46,986 bases of DNA. It comes from Paraspadella gotoi. Its lineage: Eukaryota; Animalia; Chaetognatha. The position numbers were made by a program, and so were the translations under genes. Positions 22,057 through 33,125 of this stretch are shown here, one piece after another (the first letter of the stretch is position 1; each line of letters begins with the position of its first letter). Under the pieces are notes generated by a model. It saw only the letters and a list, made by a program, of their open reading frames with translations. It had not been told where the DNA came from and made no database searches. The stretch is taken from positions 2,752,447 through 2,799,432 of the forward strand of contig CM119267.1 in assembly GCA_051294375.1 (NCBI GenBank). The letters run 5' to 3'.

Positions 22057-23299
22057 CATAAATATTCTCCCGCATTCGTCTCATGATCCAAACGCATCCT
22101 AATCCGAAGACCCGATCCTACCCCGACCCCAAAAGTCCAACATGTCCATTCGCCCGGGACCCGACCGCCTTGTCTAACCCGACACCCTATCTCATGATCA
22201 ATTTTAACACCCTATTCTCTGATTAACACCCGACCCGAGCCTCGACACCTCAGCGTACATAACGCCCGAGATTATTTGACTTTAGATATTTTTTTCAACG
22301 CTTCATCGAAACCGCAACTAGCATTCGGAGTCTTTAATGACGTTTTTTCTCGCCTCAACTTTCCAAAGATCCTAGTGTTAATATAATCATAATATATATT
22401 GATGAAATATAAAATATAACAATATATAACACATCATGTATAAAATATAAAATATAAAATCATCACTGGTTGACGTTTTATATCTCGACCATCGTTAATT
22501 TCATTAATTATCTATTTCGCTTCTCTTTAAATCTCTTATTAATCTCTTATTAATCCCGAAGTGACTTTGACCCAGTGATTTTACCGCCAATCGTTTTCAG
22601 CTAATATCATTTTAATTTCTCAAAAATGTTATGAAATCAACTTCGCCTCTCTTTCAGTCGCACTACCAACTCTCTTCTCTCCCCTCCTTAAATCTTTCAA
22701 CGCTGACAATAACTCCTTCGACCTCAGCCTCTGATCCCGACCCTGATCGCTACCCTTGACCTCGCCCCTACCCTTCCCGACCCCACTTTTCCACATCCTT
22801 CCACAATCCACACCCCTTCCCCCTTCCGCATCGGATAAACATCAAAAAAGGTGTTCGGATTCTCGACCCTTCGTGTCGACGGCGTCGTGGTCCATGACAA
22901 TGACGCCTTTTTTGTCTCCCGAACAAGTAGGAGGAAGAGAGGAAGATGCGTCGACATGGCAAGATCCTTATCTCTCGTCACGAATGCTCGATATCGTCAT
23001 GCACTCCGGCAAGATCGAGATGTGCGGTACACGAGTGACAGCTCCTCTCGTGTTCCCTTTAATGCGGGACTTCTTCTCCGCTGGGAAGTAAGTCAGATGT
23101 CATGTAGAGATACCGGCTGTAGGATTAAGGAAGACGTGAAGCGCGAGCGAAGGAGAGGAATCGAATATATATTTCGGTACAGAGGAAGTAGCATCAAGAA
23201 ATACTCTCGTGGCACGGTATATGAGCCCGTGCTCTCTCACTCGTGCTCATACACATAACAAATACACTACGTCGCAAATGGTACACTCTAATGTTTGCA

Positions 23300-25770
23300 T
23301 CTCCCTAGGTTCTCATCTCCTCTTTCCTAGTCCTCGCGTCTCACATTCTCTCGTCATTCGCCGAACGGTCCGCCTCTTCCTTTTCCTTTATTCACTTCCT
23401 CTCCTTCCACTTCCATTCTCTCCTTTTTCTCTTTTAACTATCTTTTTCTTATCAATGTTAGGGGTCACTAGATCTACCTTTTTTTTCACTCATCGTGTTC
23501 GCCCCTTGTTTTGCAGCCTTTCTCTACTTCTGCTACACCCTTTCCCTTTACCTCTAATGTTTCGAACTCCCCGCTTGCTACCATTCACTTCCACCATCAC
23601 TCGGACTTCCCTCACCAATCCAATCGCCTTAATCCGCCTCCTCGTACTCCCTCTGCAACTGTGTCGGCGCGCGCTCGTCCCGCGTGCGAGTTCGGCGATC
23701 TTCTCTCTACTCGCGCGGCGGGAGTGCCGGGGGCTAGGGCGGAGAGTGGGTGAAAAGTTTATGAAATATAGTTGTTTGACTAAGAAGTTTTGAGTTACTA
23801 TCGACAGGATATCTTTGAGCGGATGGTTTTAGGTAAATCAGAAGGGGCAAAGCACATAAGATAATCTATGTTTTACTGGAAGAATTTCCCCTCGGATACT
23901 CTCATTGCGGACTGGGGGCGAGGCACATGAACGGATAAGAGCCCGGGCAACTGACCTCCACTGTCTGTGCGTATATTTGACCGACACGCATTGGAAACAA
24001 CAGAGCGAGCTGTGACTATCATGTGGCGAGGTTTAAAACTATTTAGGGCTGCGAATTAATGCTAATATTCTAATAAATTTCTAATAGATCTATTCCAAAG
24101 GCGGGAGTTTAATTCGATATGGAGCTTTTCTGCCACGTGTTAGATATGGCGCGAAAAATATTTAAATTGAGTCTGTCTACATTTAAAAGTGCTGAGCGAA
24201 TAGCATTTGTATCTGCAATTAGGCGAGTGTGACATTGGTCACAAACGGCAATTTAGCGCCCTAGGGATTCGCATTACTACATAGTAGCGAATTTAAAAAA
24301 AGGTTGGGTCAGGTTATTGTGTAGGTATGTATGCGGCTCGCGCTTGATAGGTGCGACGAGCGATTAGCAACATGCGAATAATATAAATTGGGACAGAGTC
24401 AATTGTTAGATTATCTCTAGCCGATGAGCACAGAAACATAACTCCGTGTTTGGATGTCAGTTATTTATCTCTGAGTTAGAAATGCAACACTTTTGAGTGT
24501 AAGTTATATGAGAAGAGGGGAGGAGAGCTCAAGGGGGGGGGGGGGAAGTGCGAAATAAAGATTACAGGGGAGAAAAGGAAACAAAAATGGTTNNNNNNNN
24601 NNNNNNNNNNNNNNNNNTGTCTCCGTCTCTCTGTGTCATGTCCTGTCTCTCTCCTCTTCCTCTCTCTCTCTCTCTCTCTCCTCTCTCTCTATCTCTCTCT
24701 CGTCTCTCTCTTCTCTTCGTCGCCTTTTATTCTTTGCTTTCTTCTGCTTTCCTTCATTACGACAATCTTCTTCGCTACCTGTAATGTCCACGAATCCTGA
24801 TCTCTTAGCTTTCGTTCCACAGTTGCCTACAATTGATTTCTACTCCTCATATCATTTCTCTCGTCCTCGTCACTTGCCTCTCTCCTCCTCTTCTCTCCTC
24901 TCTCTCGTCTCTCTCTCTCTCGTCTATCTTCTCTCGTCGAATCGGTCTCAAGGCTCGTCTTCCTTTCCTTTCATTCACTTCGTCTCCTTCCACTTCCTTT
25001 CTCCTTTTTCTCTTTTAACCTACTCCTTTTCTTATCAATGTTATGGAAGTCCTGATCTACCTTTTCTTCGTGTTCCCCCTTTTTTCCCTTTCTCATTTCT
25101 ACCTCTTTCCTTTACCTCTAATTGCATCCCTCCTTTCCTCTTCCCCTCTCTCCGCTCTCCATCTCCCTCTCTCTCTCCCTCCCGCCTCTCTCTCCCCCAT
25201 CTCTCTCTCTCCCCCGACCCTCGGGCATATAAGAAGTTATGAAAAGTCAGCTCTTTTTACTCCTCTATTTAGATCGAGAAGGCAAAGACATGAATAATTC
25301 AGTTCTGAAGAATTCCCTCTCGTATCTCTCATTGCGACTCAGCACATCGACAGGAATAGTGACCCCCACGCCCCACGTCCTGTGCGTAAATTTCGATCTG
25401 CACGCATATTGCCAACGAGCTGTGAGCTGTGCGCATTAGCCTGCGAGCATTAGCCTAATATCCTAGTTCTAATAGCTATTCGTCAATAGCTGTATATTCA
25501 TGGCTTCGCGCCTTTAGATATGTCGTAATTTTGGCCGCCATTGGCTCCATGCGATTAGCTAGTTATGAATTAGCCATGTCGATTGGCCTGCCGCATTTGG
25601 CGTATACGGCATTTACTACAATGCGTTTGGTATGTCATTCGGCTCCGCTGATAGTTGCAAGCGATTAGCGGAACTTGGGCGATAAAGATTACCAATCAAA
25701 AATTTTTCATTTAGCCGAAACAAACTCGAATTCTGTTAGCCATTATATCATTTACAAATGCTACTATTAA
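23300..25770 (+). other. Apparent duplication (~23300-24500 vs ~24850-25770) across a 25-N gap; probable assembly artefact
   Basis: Collinear blocks such as CTCCTTTTTCTCTTTTAAC, TTTTCTTATCAATGTTA and TCTCATTGCG in both, with dense indels. Confidence 0.75.
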
Positions 25771-25845
25771 ATAATATCCGAAAATCAAGTCAATAATCAA
25801 ATTTTACAGAGAAAAGAACAAAACTGGTAAAGAAGTTGAGTAATG

Positions 25846-26064
25846 TTTCAAAGAAAGTTAAGTCTTATTTTCACAAGAAAGTTAAGTATGTTTAAAAACA
25901 AAGTTAAGATCTCTCTCTCGGGGGCAAAGAAAGTTAAGTATGTTCAAAGAAAGTTAAGTATGTTTAAACAAAGTTAAGTATGTTCAAAGAAAGTTAAGTA
26001 TGTTCATAGAAAGTTAAGTAGGTTCAAAGAATGTTATGTATGTTCAAAGAAAGTTAAGTACGTT
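25846..26064 (+). repeat. 20-bp minisatellite (AAAGAAAGTTAAGTATGTTC)
   Basis: Seven regular copies at 25926-26064 plus three degenerate copies upstream. Confidence 0.93.
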
Positions 26065-27674
26065 TCCCGATCGAGAAAAAAAAACTTATTTTCATGAAGG
26101 ATGGAAAGAAAAAAAAAAGAAAAAAATTTTGTCATCGATGAAAAATGAGAATTGGTTGTTTGCGGGTTTCAAAGGCGACGAACCGAATGAGGATAAGTTA
26201 TGACCATGATACGGAGAAGCGTTTCCGGCGTCGCCCATGACATCCGGGTTAAAAACATTGTCGGCGGGTTACATCCGGTAATTCAGCGTCGCCAATGACA
26301 TCCGGGTTCTATATATACATCCGGGCATCCTCGCCGAACAATTAGACGAATATTAACAGAAGAGAATTTTGGTCGCGTTTCATCCGAGGATGAAGTGAGA
26401 ACGAAATTCTGCGAATTCAGCAATTTTTTTTTTTTTTTTAAAGATGCGTCGACGCGTGTCTGTAAAAGGAGTTTTTGGTCGGTCTTTAGTTCAGTCCGTC
26501 TATGAATTTCCAACAATTCGTAGTTTGGCGATATTTATTGACGTTTGAAGCTTGGCTTTTAAATATTGACAAAATAAAATAAAATCAGTGGTCTTTGTTT
26601 TAGTAGTAATCAAAACAATGATGTTGGATATACGTTTGTATAAAAAATACGAACAATACCCCCCCCCCGACAATCCGGGTCGATTTTCTCGACCGGGTTC
26701 TTTCTTCGGACTTCCCACCTTCGAAGGAATTCAACTTTAAAATAGTTTTCTAATTCATCCTTTCGTCTCGTATTTTTCTCTCCTCTCTCTCTCTCTCTCT
26801 CCTCCTCTCTCTCCCTCTCTCTCTCATCTCTCTCTCTCTCTCTCTCTTCCGTCACCATCCGTTCCTGGGCGGTTCCATGTGTGTGGCTCTCAATAGAATC
26901 CATAATTGCCTCGAATTTCAATAGAAAATTCGCTTAACGACGAAAAGGGAAAAAACATAAGGAGAAGAAAAGAAAAGAACAATTGATCTTCGTTTATAAA
27001 ACCATTCAGATCAGTTTTCCCTTTTTTTTCTCTTTCTCTTTATTTTGTTCTTGACTCGTTTTTTCTTTTCAATTTTGTTTTCCTTTTTATTTACATTTCT
27101 TTCTTTTTTTCTTTAAAAAAAAACTAAATAAAGATTTCGTTATAAGAATAAAAACAAAATATGTTCATCACGATGACCCGCGTCTCACAAGAATCGAATT
27201 GCTGAGTGTGAAAACGAGGCGACGACGACGACAGAGACGAACAAAGAAAAAAAGAAAACAAAAGAAAAAAGAAAACAAAAGATCTCAAACGGAGAAAAAA
27301 AAAGAAAAAGAAAAAAAAAGGAGAAAGAAGAAAAAGATAAACAAACAAAAAAGGGGGAATAAAATAAAAGATACATTTTTTATCAATTTTATCCAAATTT
27401 TCGTTCATTTTCTTTTTTTCTTTTTTATCGGCTCTTGGCTGATCGAATATTTTATATAAATATACATCTCATATCATTTTATATCGAATGAATGAATATA
27501 TTGAATAATGATTATTGAATATATCTATTGAATTTATTGAATATATTGAATGAATTTTAAATTGAATGAATCTCAAATATTTTTCCAACGTTTAAATGAA
27601 TATTTTTTTAGCATTTGTTGTACCAATTTGATAACAGAGACATTAACTTAATCTTTCCGTTATCAAAGCCAATG

Positions 27675-27720
27675 ATGACAGAGTGCAACAGAGTGACAGA
27701 GTGACAGAGTGCAACAGAGA
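27675..27720 (+). repeat. (GACAGAGT)n / (GCAACAGAGT) short tandem repeat
   Basis: Five consecutive units. Confidence 0.8.
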
Positions 27721-27826
27721 AGATTCAACCGCCATGCATCAAACTTACCCAAAGATTTTAACCTCACCTTTTCAACGTTTTTCTTCTTAATCAAAGCGAC
27801 GGCGTCGACGTCACGATCCCGGCGCA

Positions 27827-27864
27827 GAATCGACGCCGCGAATCGACGCCGCGAATCGACGCCG
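27827..27864 (+). repeat. 13-bp tandem repeat (GAATCGACGCCGC) x3
   Basis: Perfect copies. Confidence 0.9.
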
Positions 27865-27983
27865 ATTTCGTGTTCTCGGACGATTCCATGTCTCTCTGTC
27901 TCTCTCAGTCTCTGTCTCTCTCGATGTTTCTTCGATAAACATTCCATCTCCACCGAAGGTTGGAACTTGTTTTCTTTTCAGAA

Positions 27984-28019
<36 letters not shown>

Positions 28020-28399
28020 GTCTCTTCTCCTTTTCTCTCTCTGCTCTCTCTGTAAGCGTTCCATCCAGTTTTTGACTTTTTTATTTTTTGTGTTTTCTAC
28101 ATACCCCCGTCTCTGACCCACTAATATGCTCTGATCTTGCCCTGTATATAATTTTGTATCTACACCCTCTTTGCTACCTCTTCCCTGAGCCTCAGTCATC
28201 ATTTCTCGCTCCTACTTTCTTCTCTCAAATACAATTTTCCCGTAAATATGTGTGTCGGCAGTCGTTCTGGATTCTCTCTCTTTCGAACCCCACCCCTCCT
28301 CAGGACTAGTGAAAGAAAGAAAAAAGATGGAAAATCGAAAGAAGTAAAAAAATGAAGAACTTAAAAGGGATGAATTCGACGTGTCCTACATTGTCACTC

Positions 28400-31000
28400 G
28401 TTTTTCTACTTTAATTCAGTTTAATCTCAATGAAATTTAATTTTAACTGCTTGTCAACATCGGAACTACTCTCTTCATTTTTAAATGAATTATTTCCAAA
28501 TGAAAAAGTTAGGCGAATATGATCCATCAGGTTTCTCTTCCCTCTGTCTATCTCTCTGCCTCTCTTCATAGGGATTACCAAATCTCATTAATTTCAGATA
28601 CATCGGCTGTTAAATTTATTTTGCGGAAGCGGTAAAAAGGGTGCACTTAGCTTAAGTAAATTTGAATTTCCAATTCAGCAATGCCTTTACAAAAAAAAAA
28701 TATTTTAAAACCGCTCCTCCAAAATCCTACTAAATCCTTGGGCACTTTCGTTCATCGCCTTCCCAACCGTAAGTACTCATCTCTTTTATAATTCTTATAC
28801 TAAAAATCATAAAAAATCTGTACTTTGTTATTTGTCATCTTCCACAACACATTTTCGAGATTGTCCATTCCATTCAAGTCAAAAAAATTCAATGGACTGC
28901 TCGTCGACGCTTTGGAAAAGTAATAAACATAAACTTCATCAACACGCAGGAAGCAACAAAATTCTCCGACGCCCAACTCGCGCTTCAAGCTTCAAGTTTA
29001 AAACTCCTTTTCTCATTCTGCTCATGCATGTCTCATGTCATTTCAAAAATGACGAATAACGTCGTTGTATGCTTCCTCTAAATAATTCCTCTGACGCTCT
29101 CAACCGGTCTTGGACATTGGCACTCGACGTACGGAACGAGTTTGAATACGCCGCGCCACCCCTGCAGCCACCCCGGATCTTTTTGCACAATGAATTTTCT
29201 ACAATATCTGCGCCTCTCTCCGTGAACTTAAGGTCGATTTGTCCACGCGCATCAAACAACTACTCTTGAGGACCCCTCGCGAGCTGCCCGAGTATCTGAG
29301 ACCCGCTCTCTCTCTTCTTTCCGTCGCTTCGATACGCCACGGTATGCGACGTCGTGCCGCTCGCGCTCTTTACTCTCCTCTCTCCCTCCTCCTCTGACTC
29401 CCGAAACGCGCGTGCGTCGTCGAATGGCCGTAACGGAGCGTCCTTTCTTCGATCTCCATTACTCCTAGTCTGAGCAACACGCTCGCCTTTTATCTATCCC
29501 TCCGACACATACAACGTACTTGACGAGCGGAGAGCCAGAATTATCCCATCCCCGGCCCCACGCGCGAAAAGGCCCATACTCTTCGTACAGAACGTCCTCG
29601 ATTTGCTACATCCCCTCTGCTGCTGCGGAAGTCCTTTCCCGCAGCTTCTTCAATTCCTCTCCAATCGACCGGGCGTTGATTTTCTCCGAATTCGGATCCG
29701 AGCGGGCACGAACGGAGGTCAATGCTTTATCTCCCGACGAACATCTACCACGAAAATTTCGGTGGACAGTCTCCCAGGCCCAAGTCCCTCGATTTTTCAT
29801 TTTATAGGCCGTCCCCTTTAAAAGATTAATCAATACACGCTGCTCGTCGCTTGGACAAAAAAGAGGAGCAATCATGCGTTTGCGCTTATATAATGTCTCT
29901 CGGCTTCTTCAATCGAAAGGTTCGGACGACATCTTATTTCTCTGTGTACAGTTGGATCCGATTCCAATGGATCTATGGGAACTCTCACTTATTCCGTTCT
30001 TTTTGTTATCTTTGTTTTCGACCATCATTTCTTTCCTCCTCTGTTTTTTCCGTGTCAAATATACGCGAAGACGGCGGCCCCAACGACTCATTGCGAGCAG
30101 GATCTCTGAGAGACCTTCTTGCTGCTTTTAAAATTCTCCCAGACCTCCGACCTCACTTATTTTTCGGAACATTACAGTTACTACGCCTCTCAATCTTTGC
30201 TCTAAAAATTTGCAATGTATCACATATATACCTCTTCTTTGTCAGTCAGCATCTTTAGAAGCAAATTAATATGTATAATTATAGCGATGTATACTGTAGA
30301 TATAAAAATATATTTTTTTTCGTATTTACACAGAGATTTTTTTGTTCAAAAATGCTTCAATTGTTTTCGTCTTCGCTTGCTCATTTTTTTAAAAACAAAT
30401 TAACACTTAACAAAATACACTCTACTCTACACAAAAAAAAATTTCTTCCCAGAGTCTCTCTCTCTCTCTCTTCCACTTTCTCAAGTCGCTCTCTCATCGC
30501 GTCTATTGGCCCGTTCGTCCGTTTACCTTTCACCTTGATCTTTACGGTTCACTTCCACCCTCTTCTCCCGCGCGTCCCAAGTGCTTTTTCCACCTTCCTC
30601 CTCTCTTCCTCCCTCCTTCCCCCCACCAGACGGACTTTTCAAGCGTACCTGCGACTGATTCTCTGACTCTCACTCTTCCTCCCGTTTCGTCAGTTTGCTT
30701 AAACGCGTTAATCTTCACGTTCAAATCGAGAGGTAAAGTTCAACCTCCACTTGTTGCTCCAACTATTAATGGGACTCATATCTCTGCTCTTCTCTCTTCG
30801 TCTCCTCATCCCCGTTCTGGACCTCTCCTCCTCTGCCCTTTGAATGCCCTCTCGCGTCCCCTCTCTCTCCTCTCTCCTCTCGCAGCTCCACGTGGACCAG
30901 TTTGGTGACTGCTTTCTTTCTCTCTTTCAACCTCCTCTTACTCTCTAGCTCGATCTTCCTCAACTTCCCCCAACCCAACCCGACTTCAAACACAGCACCT
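28400..31000 (-). pseudogene. Frameshifted intronless coding-like region; 3' part resembles the N-terminal region of Polinton/adintovirus-like pPolB proteins
   Basis: Frame-hopping minus-strand translation at 28760-28420 gives, in order, MNESAQGF, SGFKI, KGIAELEIQIY, APFLPLPQNKFNSRCI, QLKLNFIEIK, echoing GSGW..I..L.I.I..Y..YI.LP..K.IIN..LNF.GI.FP; upstream pieces are charged and coding-like. Confidence 0.35.
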
Positions 31001-31244
31001 TTTTTTCCACGTGACGCGTAGTTCTAACGCTGCCTCTGAATCACTCTCAGACATTCTCTCTCTCGGGTACGCCGCCGCGAGGACGCACGGAGATTTCCCG
31101 GATCGGTATAAAACCGGACGAAGAGAGGCAGATATCCAACACCATGCATCCACCATTGTTGTCGTAACCGCGCCTTGATAGCTCTAGGTGCGAGCGAGAC
31201 GTTATGCGAGCGCCATGCCTTCACGCCACAGGATCGTCCTATTC

Positions 31245-31630
31245 GTCGTTAGGTTAGTTCGTCATTGGTTCGTTCTAGTTCGTCGCATAGTTCGTCGTTG
31301 TTCGTCATTCGTAGTTCGTCGTTCTTCGTCGTCATAGTTCGTCCTAGTTCGTCGTTTTTTTCGTCGTCATATTTCGTCGTAGTACGGTCCGTACATAAGT
31401 TCGTCGTTGGTTCGTCATCGTAGTTGTCGTTGTTTGTCGTCATAGTTCGTCGTAGTTCGTCGTCAGTTCGTCAGTTTTCGTCAGTTCCGTCGTCGTCGTT
31501 CCAAGGTTGTCGTCGTTCATCCTCGTCGTCGCCGTTGTCGTCGTCATCGTTGAGTCTCGTCTTCGTCGTCGTCGTCGTCGTATCTCAGTCGTCGTCGTCG
31601 TTCTTGCAGTCGTCGTCGTCGTCTTCATCA
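31245..31630 (+). repeat. (TAGTTCGTCG)n grading into (GTC)n
   Basis: Repeated tagttcgtc units. Confidence 0.85.
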
Positions 31631-31839
31631 GTTCTTGAATCAGTCAGAGGTGCGCGCGTGCTGTGCAATCGGATTCTTGTGGCTCATATATCAGCGAGTC
31701 TCTTTGGTAACGAGTGGCGCGCTGTCTGACCACACGCGTTGCTCGCGTGCGCAGTGCGGATGAGATGCGCGGAGCGTTCTGGCACAGCGAGTTCCTATCA
31801 GCAGTGTATCTGACGCCACGCCCGTCGTTCTTCAGATGC

Positions 31840-32078
31840 TCGCTCGTCGTCGTTCTTTTCATTCCGTCGCGTCGTCGTTTCTCGCAGTCGTCGCGTCGGT
31901 TCTTCAGTCGTCGTCGTCCGTCTTTCCAGTCGTCGTCTCCGTTCTTCAGTCGTCGGCGTCGTTTTCAGTCGTCGTCGTCGTTCTTCAGTCTCGGCGTCGT
32001 ATCTTCAGTCGTCGTCGTCGTTCTTCTTGTCAGTCGTCGTCGTCGTTCTGTTCAGTCGTCGGCGTCGTTCTTCAGTCA
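31840..32078 (+). repeat. ~20-bp repeat (TTCTTCAGTCGTCGTCGTCG) running into a gap
   Basis: ttcagtcgtcg recurs about 10 times. Confidence 0.85.
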
Positions 32079-32389
32079 NNNNNNNNNNNNNNNNNNNNNN
32101 NNNNNNNNNNNNNNNNNNNNNNNNNNNNNNNNNNNNNNNNNNNNNNNNNNNNNNNNNNNNNNNNNNNNNNNNNNNNNNNNNNNNNNNNNNNNNNNNNNNN
32201 NNNNNNNNNNNNNNNNNNNNNNNNNNNNNNNNNNNNNNNNNNNNNNNNNNNNNNNNNNNNNNNNNNNNNNNNNNNNNNNNNNNNNNNNNNNNNNNNNNNN
32301 NNNNNNNNNNNNNNNNNNNNNNNNNNNNNNNNNNNNNNNNNNNNNNNNNNNNNNNNNNNNNNNNNNNNNNNNNNNNNNNNNNNNNNNGA

Positions 32390-33125
32390 GGAGTGAACGC
32401 GACCTTAACGACTCGGGGAGACAGAGCCTAGGGCGATATGTGCACGACGAGAAAACTGTATTAAAGAAACACCAAAGAGAAAGAAGAGAAAAAAATATAG
32501 GGGAGAAGGAAATAGAGAGAGAGCAAGAAAAAAATGAATATGAAGAGTAGATCACTGGAGAGCGGTCTGACAAGAATAGAGGGCTGGATGTGGTTCTTTT
32601 GAGAGACGGGGTAGCACTCTTTGCGGAGCATACTTCGATCGGGTTGAAGAGTGAGACAATATAGTATGGGAACTGGAAAAGCTACACGGTGTAACAAATC
32701 CGCTGATCCTGTGGCGGTAAATTTCACACGGAAGGGGCGCATGAGTCGACACGAAAAAGTCCACAACACGGAAGCAATGAGGAGGAGCTACTAGAGGAAT
32801 CAGAGGAAGAAGTCCACAGGAGAGGAAGTGCAAATATGGGGCGCAAGGGAAAGAAGGGGGGAAGAGCACTACTACGATAGACGGGGTAAGGCAAGGTGTA
32901 TGTTCACATCCAAACACTCCTAAAAGACTTATCACCTCTGGTGGGGAGACAAAGACGAGACGGAATGCTTTGTGTCCACTAGTAAACTCTCCGCGGGCCA
33001 AGTGACTGGAGGCGTCCTCGAACGCGGGAAGCCCCACCAAACGTACCAAACGAGAATTTTGTGAGATTCCCCAGTCACACCAATTGGAGGCCATCACAGG
33101 CACCCGGCTGTTTGCCATAATGATC
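32390..33125 (+). pseudogene. Frameshifted coding-like fragment, possibly the next part of the same Polinton-like pPolB N-terminal region
   Basis: Pieces in order: DNIVWELEKLHGVT, VHIQTLLKDLSPLVGRQ...MLC, PNENFVRFPSH...QAP, echoing I.KFE..N.I / HY..IK.LSRL...Q...C / L.F.N....P.VIYADFE. Confidence 0.3.

Noticed and set aside
22860-22930. Penelope-like RT motif (GDKKGVIVMD, minus strand)
   Set aside because: The ALK.L motif lies after rather than before it, and no RT core follows
15043-26064. 20-24-bp repeat arrays as CRISPR
   Set aside because: Units are head-to-tail with no unique spacers, there are no cas genes, and the context is eukaryotic
32710-32764. C2H2 zinc finger (CGGKF / TRKGRMSRHEKVH)
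   Set aside because: Needs a frameshift, lacks a properly placed first Cys, and overlaps a competing frame; insufficient support
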